In this document: positions 54,854 through 64,000 of the stretch, in pieces
Position numbering within the stretch: the stretch's first letter is position 1
How the letters are laid out: each line of letters starts with the position of its first letter
Source of the DNA: an uncultured delta proteobacterium
GTDB lineage: Bacteria > Desulfobacterota > Binatia > Bin18
NCBI GenBank assembly: GCA_963733195.1
Contig: CAVTCR010000055.1
Coordinates: forward strand, 1-64,000
Length of the DNA stretch: 64,000 nucleotides
Reading direction: 5' to 3'
Notes under the pieces: generated by a model
Databases searched by the model: none
Told to the model about the DNA's origin: nothing
The model's input: the letters and a program-made list of their open reading frames with translations, nothing else
Translations under genes and position numbers: made by a program

Positions 54854-56083
54854 TTAGATCACATCCTGTTCGTGCAACTGCTCGATCTGCTCGAGACTGA
54901 GACCGAGCCTCTCACTATAGATCTGCCCGTTGTGCTCTCCCAGTCGCGGAGCGGGCGAGCGGATCTGCCAGGGCGTTGCTGACAACTTAAACGGTGCACC
55001 TGGGTAGGTCAGTGGTCCGGTCGCCGGGTGATCGACGGTGACGAAGAAACCGCGTTGACGATATTGCTCGGAGGTGACCACCTCTTTTATATCCCGCACG
55101 GGAAAAACAGGGATATGCAGCTCCTGGCCTCTGCGGGCAAGCTCGTTACGGTCTTGATCGCTGACCCACGCTGCCACGCCGGCTTCGAGGGCATCAATAT
55201 GCTGGAAGCGCTGCATCATGGTGGTAAAGATCTCGCTCTCGGCCCACTCTGGCCGGCCCATCAGCTCTTTGAGGCTCGCCCAGTGCTGGTCGGTCAGAGC
55301 CAATAGCGCGACGTGGCCATCGCGACACGGAAATACATACGCTAACCCCCATTTGGTCCGCCGTAGGAAACGGCTGCGGTTCGGGCCATCGGGGGGTTCG
55401 TGCGAATAGAGCGCGAAGTTCGGCCGGACCATGTGTGCCACCGCCTCAACTTCGGCGATGTCTATGTGCTGGCCTTCACCGGTCAGGTCGCGGTGAAACA
55501 CCGCGCACATCGTCGCGGTCGCTGCCGTCCAGCCAGTGAGGAGATCCGCTTGTTCCCCGCTAGTCTTTACCGGCGGTTCATGATCAGGATCAGTGACATA
55601 ATTGAAGGGGGTTTCGTACCCTACCACCCCCATGTGGAAGCAATTCAGGTTGTACGCTTTGTAAGTTTTGTACGGGCCAGTCTGACCAAAAGGGGTGATG
55701 GAGGTCACGATGAGGCGAGGATACCACTCATGCAAGTTGTGGTACCCTATGCCCAGCTCGTCCAGGAAACCAGGGGGCTGCGTTTCCACCAAAACGTCAG
55801 CGTCTTTGACGAGCTGACGAAACAGCTCCCTGCCTGCTGGCGCCCTGAGGTTGAGAGTCACGCCGAGTTTGTTTGTGTTGAGGTAAAGGAAGCGCGCGCT
55901 CTTTTCCAGATGCGGAGTGTCGCCAGGGAAAGGGCCGTGACTGCGCGCCACATCGCCAGTCCCAGGCGTTTCAAGCTTGATCACCTCTGCACCAAGATCT
56001 GCCATGACCTTGGTACAGAACGGACCAGCCACACGCTCACTTAATTCAACAACCTTGAGATTATTGAGAGCACCTTCAAGCAT
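54854..56083 (-). CDS. Class III CoA-transferase (BbsE-like subunit)
   Basis: AGPFCTK.MADLGAEVIK.E, FLYLNTNK, APRLGEHN. Confidence 0.88.
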   Translation of the reverse strand: MLEGALNNLKVVELSERVAGPFCTKVMADLGAEVIKLETPGTGDVARSHGPFPGDTPHLEKSARFLYLNTNKLGVTLNLRAPAGRELFRQLVKDADVLVETQPPGFLDELGIGYHNLHEWYPRLIVTSITPFGQTGPYKTYKAYNLNCFHMGVVGYETPFNYVTDPDHEPPVKTSGEQADLLTGWTAATATMCAVFHRDLTGEGQHIDIAEVEAVAHMVRPNFALYSHEPPDGPNRSRFLRRTKWGLAYVFPCRDGHVALLALTDQHWASLKELMGRPEWAESEIFTTMMQRFQHIDALEAGVAAWVSDQDRNELARRGQELHIPVFPVRDIKEVVTSEQYRQRGFFVTVDHPATGPLTYPGAPFKLSATPWQIRSPAPRLGEHNGQIYSERLGLSLEQIEQLHEQDVI

Positions 56084-56182
56084 GATTCCCTCCTGTGTCA
56101 CGAAGAGTGCTGAGGTATGAGGGTCGAGGACTGACTTAGAGTTCCCCCGGTTGTGTGCTTGCCCTCGCTGAGGTCTTACAAG

Positions 56183-56351
56183 TCATCCCTAAACCCCTTT
56201 TTCTGGATGCCCGCTCCCAGCAGGAACCTGGGACAGGTCCCAGTAGGACTTGGGACAAGCTGCGCGGGCATGACGATTTGTGCCCGATTTTTCGTCATTC
56301 CCGCAACAGCGGGGAATCCAGGTTTTCTGGTTGGAGGAAGTTTAGGGATGA
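56183..56351. repeat. Composite MITE-like palindromic element
   Basis: TCATCCCTAAAC...GTTTAGGGATGA terminal IR enclosing GTCATTCCCGC/GGGCATGAC units shared with 41347-41464. Confidence 0.7.
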
Positions 56352-56433
56352 GGTCTAGTACTGGATGATGGTTACGACATAGACGCTCAGCTCGCGGACT
56401 CCCTCAGGACTCTCCGCCTTTTTCCCCTCGCAG

Positions 56434-56742
56434 CTAGCGGCGCCCCATCTGCTTGGGGCCCTTCAGTTTGTCGCGGAACTGCGTGGTGGGAATCGCCGGC
56501 AGGGTGGTGATATGCACGGTGCCACGCGAACTCAGATCAAGCGACAGATGCGCGATGGTCTCGGTGTCCGCAGCTTCGATGATGCTGACAAAATCGTAGG
56601 GGCCCAGCGTGGCATACTGCCCAACCACCTTGCAGCCAAAGTCTGTGATTTCTTTGTTGACCTCTTCTAAGCGGTCGGGGTTCTTGTGCAGGGTTTGGCT
56701 TCCTTCAGGAGTTAAAGTGCTCAATAAAATATACGTTGGCAT
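56434..56742 (-). CDS. GYD domain protein
   Basis: MPTYILL..LT..G, Y.TLGPYD.V.I.EA, TL.A. Confidence 0.88.
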   Translation of the reverse strand: MPTYILLSTLTPEGSQTLHKNPDRLEEVNKEITDFGCKVVGQYATLGPYDFVSIIEAADTETIAHLSLDLSSRGTVHITTLPAIPTTQFRDKLKGPKQMGRR

Positions 56743-57171
56743 AGCGCGGCCCTCCTCTTTCTTCTGGTGGTTACTCCCAGAGTCTCCGGCGCAGCAGCTC
56801 GGAGCCTCTTTGTTGTCTGGTGTTTGCCTGCCTTGCCAGCCTGTGTGGTGGAGGTGGACTTCTCGCTTCTTTTTTTGGCTCTCTCATCGGGCTATTCTCC
56901 CCTCGACAGAGTTCCCCGCTGATTCGTCTCACCTGGCATGCTCTATAGTACGGTTTGCACCAAAAGCAAAGGGCTAGGAATATGTCTCTGAGGCAAAACC
57001 GAAATCATGGGTTGCCCAGGAGCGAGACCACAGAGGATCTTTTTGAGAAGCCGAGGTAACTATTTTGTTGCGCGTGGGATCAAGCCGGCAGGCAAAAAAG
57101 ATTGCCTCTCACCTGCCTATATGTTAGGGAGGGGTCAAAGCAGCAGTCAAAGCAGTAAAGGGGGCACAGGT

Positions 57172-57922
57172 ATGGCACTGTCATTTTACATGAAGAAAAC
57201 ATATGCCGATAACGCACCGGACATCGAGCTGGTGAACATCCACTACACGTGGACCCCGCTGGGGCAGTCGCCGGAGTGGGACACTCACCGTGAGACCCGG
57301 GTGATGCCCCGCGGCGGCGTGCTGGTGCGCGGCATGGGCGGGACGACGCTGGATGAGGCAGGGGAGCTCATCCGCACGGCGAGTGAACAGATCGAGCTGC
57401 CAGACGACGGCATCCGCCGCAAGGTGCTGCGCCTGCCGAATTCTATCCTGGACCCGGCCACCGGGCAGTATACGGAGAACTAGCCTTCCATCATTACTTC
57501 GAGATCTTCCGGGCCGGCAAGCGCGAGCAGAGCCCGCTCTACACCGAAGAGATTGTCAGCAAGGAGGTGGAGTACATCGACTACACGGGCACGCTGGGCG
57601 GGATGTGCATCTTCTGGACCATCTATGACTGGGATGCGCCGCAGTATCAGCCGACCGAGGAGCCGCGCTTCATCGAGAAGTTCGGCGAGGACAGCTCGCA
57701 TCGGTCGTACAAGTTCTACGGGAGTGAGGATCAGGAGACGTTCAGCCGCATTCGCTCCGAGATGTTACAGACGATCCCGCCGCCGCGGCGGTTTGTGGGG
57801 AAGGTGCGGGGGCCAAAGGGGGCGGAGGTGCAGCACAGCTGGCACGTGGGGGGCATGTGGAACCCGAATCGAGAGCGGAGCGGTGGGAGAGCTATTGGGG
57901 CTTCGTGCACCAGACGCTCTAA
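57172..57922 (+). CDS. Uncharacterised two-domain protein, paralog of 41493-41972 (frameshifts near 57482 and 57870)
   Basis: Shared motif blocks with the 41.5-kb ORF, plus an extra domain EYIDY...IFWTIYDWDAPQY... Confidence 0.78.
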
Positions 57923-58054
57923 ATCAAACCACAGGCAATTGACACCGCAAGCCTATTACTCTCTGAGTGAGATAAAGGGTCTCACGAGGAGATTCCTCGC
58001 GGAGTTCATATCGGTCGCCACGGGTGAACAAGTCACCCGTGGATTCGCCTGGAC

Positions 58055-59881
58055 CTATTTGACGATGAGCCCTGCCATCTGCCCGGCTTCACGCCACTTT
58101 TCGAGCATCTGGTAGAACTTCACCGCGCCCTCAGGGTACTGCGCGAGGAAACCCTGTCCTTCATTCTTTCCTTCACTATTGTAGTACCCAGGCGTGCAAA
58201 CATCCTGGTACGCGGTCATGAAGGTTGGCGATGTGACCAGCTTTACCCACGCGTCCTCAGCTTCTGGAGTCGGCGCCGCACCTTTCGCCCCACGTTTGTT
58301 CATCTCGGTGACGATATGTGCGATGTGGTTCGCCTGTCCGTTCAGCATGTAAGTGAAGTTCGGTGCGAGACCGGTTTGGGTAAGCCCCATGTGGAAGAGG
58401 TTCGGGAAGCCATGACTCAGGAAGCCATGATAGGTCCGCATCCCCTTTGCCCAAGCGTCGGAGAGGATCACTCCGCCTTCGCCGTACACTTCGCACTCGG
58501 AGCGCCGTGTGTAGGCTGTTCCGACCTCGAAGCCGGTTGCGTAAATGATGCAATCGACTTCATACTCGACTCCATCCACGACCACTGCGTTCTCGGTGAC
58601 GCGATCAACGCCTTTGCCCTTAGTATCCACCAGCTTCACATTGGGCTGATTGAAGCAGGGGAGATACTCGTCGTTGAAGGTGGGCCGCTTGCACCACTGC
58701 CCATACCAGGCCTTGAGGGCCTCAGCTGTCTCTGGGTCTTTCACGATCGAAGACACACGCCCGCGAACCTCATTCATCTTCTGGAAATCCGCGACTTCCG
58801 ACAGGGCCGCCATCGCTTCGTTGGACAGCTCCGATTGCTCCTTGCCGGACAACAGATTGGCGAGAAGCTTAAACAGGCTTGTCCACTTGTCGTTGACCAA
58901 ATCTTCTTCGACTGGGAGGCCGGACAAGATAGAGTTGAAGTTATGATTGCGGTGGTCCTGCCAGCCAGGCTTCAGCGTCTTCACCCATTCCGGATCGGTG
59001 GGCAGGTTGCCGCGTTCATCGACCGAAGACGGCGTCCGTTGAAACACATAGAGCTGCTTGGCATATTGCGCAACCCGCGGCACGGACTGGATCGCTGTCG
59101 CTCCCGTGCCGATGAGGGCGACGCGCTTGTCACCCAGTTTGGTCATGCCCCCGGTCGTATCCCCCCCAGTGTAGTGGTAATCCCACCGACTGGTGTGGAA
59201 AGTGTGGCCTTTGAACTTCTCGATCCCAGGGATTGCGGGGAGCTTTGGCCGGTTCAGTGGTCCACTCGACATGATGACAAAGCGTGCCTTGAAGACATCG
59301 CCGCGATCCGTGGTGACCGTCCAACGCCCAGTTTCCTCGTTCCAACGAGCTTCTTTAATCTGCGTCTGGAAGCAGGCTTTTTCGTAGAGGTTGAAGTGCT
59401 TGCCGATCCGCTGGGCGTGTTCAAAGATCTCCGGCGCGAAGGAGTATTTTTCTTTCGGAATGTAGCCAGTCTCTTCCAGGAGTGGCAGATAGACGTACGA
59501 TTCAATATCACACTGCGCGCCGGGATAGCGGTTCCAGTACCAGGTGCCACCAAAATCTCCGGCCTTCTCGATAATGCGAATGTTGGTGATCCCGACCTTC
59601 TGCAATCGAGCCGCGGCCAGCAAGCCGCCAAAGCCCCCGCCGACGATCAACACGTCAAGCTCTTCCTGCAGCGCAGGGCGCGTGAAGCCTGGCTCGACAT
59701 AAGGGTCTTCATTGTAGTGGGAGAATTTCCCTGTGATTTCCTGGTATTGGTTATTTGCGTCCGCGCGCAGACGCTTGGTGCGTTCCTCAACATATTTTCT
59801 ACGCAGATCAGCTGGGTCAAAGCCCAGCTCTGCGGGGGTTGGAATTCCGGTTGGGTTGGCTTGCGCTACAGCTGCACACAT
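58055..59881 (-). CDS. Type I Baeyer-Villiger monooxygenase
   Basis: [28 protein letters not shown] fingerprint, IGTGATA, ATGF. Confidence 0.93.
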   Translation of the reverse strand: MCAAVAQANPTGIPTPAELGFDPADLRRKYVEERTKRLRADANNQYQEITGKFSHYNEDPYVEPGFTRPALQEELDVLIVGGGFGGLLAAARLQKVGITNIRIIEKAGDFGGTWYWNRYPGAQCDIESYVYLPLLEETGYIPKEKYSFAPEIFEHAQRIGKHFNLYEKACFQTQIKEARWNEETGRWTVTTDRGDVFKARFVIMSSGPLNRPKLPAIPGIEKFKGHTFHTSRWDYHYTGGDTTGGMTKLGDKRVALIGTGATAIQSVPRVAQYAKQLYVFQRTPSSVDERGNLPTDPEWVKTLKPGWQDHRNHNFNSILSGLPVEEDLVNDKWTSLFKLLANLLSGKEQSELSNEAMAALSEVADFQKMNEVRGRVSSIVKDPETAEALKAWYGQWCKRPTFNDEYLPCFNQPNVKLVDTKGKGVDRVTENAVVVDGVEYEVDCIIYATGFEVGTAYTRRSECEVYGEGGVILSDAWAKGMRTYHGFLSHGFPNLFHMGLTQTGLAPNFTYMLNGQANHIAHIVTEMNKRGAKGAAPTPEAEDAWVKLVTSPTFMTAYQDVCTPGYYNSEGKNEGQGFLAQYPEGAVKFYQMLEKWREAGQMAGLIVK

Positions 59882-60033
59882 CGTGTTAGTCCTCCTTGGT
59901 TACTGGGTCTTGTCTATGACTGATAAACAAAAAGAAGGGAAGAGGGTAAATATGGAGGAAAAAGCAAAGACTTTAAAGGCCTCCTGTTCACCCTTTCCTC
60001 TTTTCGCCTTTTCCCGTCTACGCTTTCGTTTTC

Positions 60034-61784
60034 TTACACCAATCGTCCGCCACGCAAGAGCTTGCCTGGGGTTGCGCCGGTGCACTTGCCATCTTCAAAC
60101 GTCACGCCACCGTTGACCATGATCCAGCGATAGCCTTGCGCCTTTTGCACCCGTCGCCATTCGCCGGCAGGCAAGTCATAGGCGATCTCGATCGGGAGCG
60201 CTTTCAGGTTATCGAAATCATAGACCACGATGTCCGCCGCCAGTCCTTCACGCAGCGTGCCGCGATCCTTGAACTGCGCCGCATGCGCCGGCAGCGTGCT
60301 TAGGCGAAAGTGCGCTTCTTCGAGCGTGAGCGTGCCGGTGTCGCGCACTAACCAGCTCAGCATGTCGGTCGGATAGACACCAAGTGTGAGGAACTTGATG
60401 TGCGCGCCGCCGTCAGACACGCCAGGGATCGAGGCAGGTGAACTGAGCATCTCCCCGTGGACGCGCGGATCGCTGTTCACTACCGGCCCGAGCCACTCGG
60501 TTTCGAGATTGTCAGCTACGGAAATATCGAGGATGCGCGTCAATGACGTGTTTGTTCTCGCGTTTGGCGATCTCCTCTACCGACAAGCCCAGATACTTCT
60601 CGCGCAGGTCGGCGCGATCGATCGTGATCGCGACGTATTTATGCAATTCGCCGAAAATGAAATCACGGGTCGGCGTGCCAGCATCGTATTCGGCACGCAC
60701 GATTCTGCGGAACTCGGAGTTCGCCAGCTTCGCGCGCTTCTCTTCAACCGTCCCCAACGTCGCTTCACGCCACGCCGCATTATCATCAAAGAGGTTCCAG
60801 TCCTTGAAGTTGATGGTAAACGGCGCCCGCACCGAGGCGGCCTGCCCGTACACCGGAATCCCCTTGGCTACCATCTCGTTCAACCATTTGAGCTGCAACC
60901 GCATCGGTTCGATGATCTTTTCGTGCGCTACCAGCGCATTGTAGATGACCGAATGGCCGCTGTGCTCGGCAAGCTGGGTACTGAAGTTCATAGTCGCGCT
61001 GCATGCCAACACCTTGATCGTTCGAGGTTGCGCTCGACTGGGTGATCTGGATGAACCCGGCGTCATAGTCCTGCAACGCTCGCGCCATCGCCAGATAAAA
61101 GTCATCCGGCAGTACATCCGAGATCATCGGCGTGCCATCATAATCGCGCTGCACCGACGCGGTGCTCTCCGGGAACAAGCGCTGCGCGCCCCAGCCAATC
61201 GCGCCAGCTTGCATCGCTTCGTGGAACAGCCGAATCGACGTTTGCACTTCCTTCTCATTGGGCAGCCGCTTTTTTCGCTTCAGTAAACCCACCCATCGCA
61301 TAGGCCACGAGAGGTGTCACTGGCAACAAGTTGTGAGAGGTTGATCCCCAACGGCAAGCGGTCAAGATGCGCCATCCACTGCGGGAAGGTTTCCCACTCC
61401 GGGCGCCATCGACACTTTCATCGGCTCCAGCGGAATCGCTTCGTTGCGCGACAGCGACAGCAACGCACGGTCGAAATCTTTGGCATACACCGGGGCGAAG
61501 CCAAAGCCGCAGTTGCCGATCGTCACCGACGTCACGCCATGCCAGCCGCCGATCGAGCAGTACGGGTCCCAATGCAACTGGGCGTCGTAGTGGGTGTGCA
61601 GATCAATGAACCCCGGTGCGACAATGAGCCCTGTCGCGTCGAGCACTTTGGTGGCGTCACTGCTGTTCAGACGACCGATCTTGGCGATCTTGCCGTTTTT
61701 GATGCCGATGTCTGCCTTGTACCGCGGCACTCGCGTGCCATCGACGACCGTCCCGCCTTTAATAATGGTATCGAACTGTGCCAT
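60034..61784 (-). CDS. N-acyl-D-amino-acid deacylase-like amidohydrolase, frameshifted
   Basis: APGFIDLHTHYD, HGVTSV..GNCG, SDGGAH, ADIVVYD. Confidence 0.9.
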
Positions 61785-61826
61785 AAGACCCTCCTTTATA
61801 GAATTGTTGGTTTGACGGAAGTGCGA

Positions 61827-61873
61827 AGTAAACGAGCATTTACTGAACGCACAATAGTAAAAGGTCATTTACT
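61827..61873. promoter_or_regulatory. Two palindromic operators AGTAAA-N6-TTTACT
   Basis: AGTAAACGAGCATTTACT (61827-61844) and AGTAAAAGGTCATTTACT (61856-61873) in the divergent promoter region. Confidence 0.75.
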
Positions 61874-61904
61874 TGTCAAGTCTATGTGCGTATTCTATGC
61901 GTCT

Positions 61905-62671
61905 ATGATTTCTGATTCAGCTTTGGCACCTAGTGAACCAACGGAGGTAACGTCCAGCACGCTACGGCTCGTCCCACCGCGTAAGCGGGTGCGAAGCAAA
62001 GCTGTCGCTGTCGAGCCGACGCGCGAACGCATCTTGAGCGCGGCAGCACAGTTATTTGCCGAGTGCGGCTTTACCGGTGCGTCGATGCCAGCGATCGCCG
62101 CACAGAGCGGGATTACAGCCGGCGCGATCTACCGTCATTTCGCGAGTAAGGCGGAGCTGTTACTCGAAGTCGTGAAACGTGCACTGGAGGCATTGCCGTT
62201 CTCATTTGAGCGAAGCAGCGACGCGGACAACGCAACGCTGCTGCCCGAGTTCGCGGCGCGCCTGACCGACCCCGCCCTCACGCTCCTGCGTCAGCTCTCA
62301 GTGGAAGTGCACGCGGCCGCGCGGCGCGACCCGGAGGTGCGTAAGCTGCTTGCCGCTTATAACGAGCTGGCGCTGCGAAAAATCCGTGCGCTATTGGAGG
62401 TCGAGGAGCAGGCGGGCCCCGTGACGCGCTGTGGGCGCCGGAGTATACCGCACGCGCCTTGACGGTCTTCCTCATGGGCCTCAACCATATGGATACTCTG
62501 CATCCGCAGCTCGTAGGTGACCAGGCGTGGCGTAAGTTCGTTGCGTCTCACGTCGATATGCTCCTTCGGCTTAATTCACATAATGTGAGAAAAAACCTCC
62601 CGGCACGAGGACGTGCCTCGGTACGGAACGCCCGGCCAGTCGGCAAAAGGGAACGGAAGCAGGAGGGATGA
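61905..62671 (+). CDS. TetR/AcrR family regulator, frameshifted
   Basis: TRERILSAA..LF...GF...S...IA...G...GAIYRHFASK. Confidence 0.88.
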
Positions 62672-63005
62672 ACGACCAACCGAAGCTTCGCCCAGTCTGC
62701 TTCTGTAGTCTTGCGGTTATGCGCCGTGGATTCAGGAAAGTACCGAGCGTGCCCGGGGTGATGCATGTAACCGTCACAGTTATATGAAAAACGGCTTGTT
62801 CGAGAAAGCGTCAGATAAGGAATGTCGGAATTCAACGTAGCGGTCGGATAGCCAGTATGGAACACAGATTGTGAAAACGTACGAGAAAAAGCAGGCTACA
62901 CAAAAATCTTTGACAAGGCGAGAGAACACCGTGTGACCAACCCAGGGCTGAGAGCTGAGAACATAGCAAGAACGATCAGAAAAACAAGGAAAGGAGTAGA
63001 GCGCA

Positions 63006-64000
63006 ATGCGCGTTGGAGCAACCATCTTTAATCAGAACTACAACGACTGGGACCGCTACGAAGCAGAGGAGCAAGGCAGGGCCGTGCCCAAGCGCGCAGT
63101 CCGGTCGGATCGCGAGATCTTCAACGAAGAAATCAATATCGCCCGCGTCGCTGACGATACCGGATTCGATTCAGTGTGGACCATCGAGCATCATTTCACC
63201 CCTTACACGATGGTGACCAATCCGCTGCAGTACCTCACCTATATCGCCGGGATCACCAAGCGTGTCGACCTCGGAACGATGGTCGTAGTACTACCCTGGC
63301 ACAATCCGGTGCGGGTCGCCGAGGATGTTAACATGGTAGACTCATTTCTTGGACCCGGTCGCGAGATCATCTGCGGTGTTGGTCGCGGGCTAGGACGCCG
63401 TGAATACGACGGCATGGGCGTTGATCAGAACGAAGCCCGGGGGCGGTTTGACGAGTCGCTACAGGTCATCAGGCAATTGTTAGCCACGGGTCAGTGTGAT
63501 TTCGACGGTGAATTCTACAAAGTCCACGGCGTGCATTTGCGACCGCAACCGGAGCGAGACCTGAGCGCGAACTTGTGGTGCGCGGGCGGTACCCCGCAGA
63601 CCGTCGAGGTCATTGCCAAGCATGGCGTGCCACCACTGACGATTCCCACCACCAGTCTGGAGTTGGCGCTGTCGAACATGCGCCAGTACGCGGAGCTGCG
63701 CCATAAGGCTGGCTATGGACCGAGTCACACCAAGCTCGCACTGTGGACCTATGTGGCCGAGACAGAGAGCGAGGCTGAGGCTGGAGCGCAACAATATATG
63801 CAAGAGTATGCCGATTCGGCGCTGCGGCACTACGAGTTATTAGGCACGCACCTGCAGGACACCAAAGGCTACAAAGAGTATGGCCAGCTGCAGACTGCGC
63901 TGCGTCAGGATGCTTCTCCCTTCCGGCAAGCCTTCTACCGGAGCCATCCGTGGGGCACACCAGATCAGGTGATCAAGCGTGCAACCGAGCTCGCCAATGC
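63006..64000 (+). CDS. LLM class flavin-dependent oxidoreductase, frameshifted, runs off the window
   Basis: GFDSVWTIEHHFT, LGTMVVVLPWHNPVRVAE, GVGRG. Confidence 0.85.
   Translation, partial: MRVGATIFNQNYNDWDRYEAEEQGRAVPKRAVRSDREIFNEEINIARVADDTGFDSVWTIEHHFTPYTMVTNPLQYLTYIAGITKRVDLGTMVVVLPWHNPVRVAEDVNMVDSFLGPGREIICGVGRGLGRREYDGMGVDQNEARGRFDESLQVIRQLLATGQCDFDGEFYKVHGVHLRPQPERDLSANLWCAGGTPQTVEVIAKHGVPPLTIPTTSLELALSNMRQYAELRHKAGYGPSHTKLALWTYVAETESEAEAGAQQYMQEYADSALRHYELLGTHLQDTKGYKEYGQLQTALRQDASPFRQAFYRSHPWGTPDQVIKRATELAN

Noticed and set aside
58316-59923. 535-aa plus-strand ORF and other long antisense ORFs
   Set aside because: These are shadow ORFs of GC-rich genes on the opposite strand (here the BVMO).
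62672-63005. Possible ncRNA or riboswitch in the long intergenic region
   Set aside because: I could not recognise a conserved motif or a convincing structure by eye.

Overview
This is a GC-rich bacterial window with very frequent single-base frameshifts, consistent with an unpolished long-read metagenomic assembly. The gene repertoire suggests Candidatus Binatia/Binatota, which is an inference. (1) Bases 1-7.6 kb are an integron gene-cassette array with six attC sites plus a half site and no integrase in the window. One attC is split by a 616-nt ORF-less group IIC intron inserted on the bottom strand. (2) Bases 10-29 kb hold four paralogous wHTH-class III nucleotidyl cyclase-STAND ATPase-TPR genes. 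Their loops carry hypervariable heptamer repeats and an in-frame REP-like palindrome. (3) Bases 29-41 kb contain flavin monooxygenases, CoA-transferases, hydrolases and a nested cluster of toxin-antitoxin remnants. (4) Bases 41-58 kb contain two paralogs of a protein family I do not recognise and CBM-fused hydrolases. They also hold a 6.9-kb heme-sensor kinase/PP2C/STAS signalling block bounded by a 57-bp direct repeat that duplicates the 3' end of an esterase gene. (5) Bases 58-64 kb contain a BVMO, an amidohydrolase, a TetR gene with two palindromic operators, and an LLM gene. Product calls come from motif recognition only; no database searches were run.
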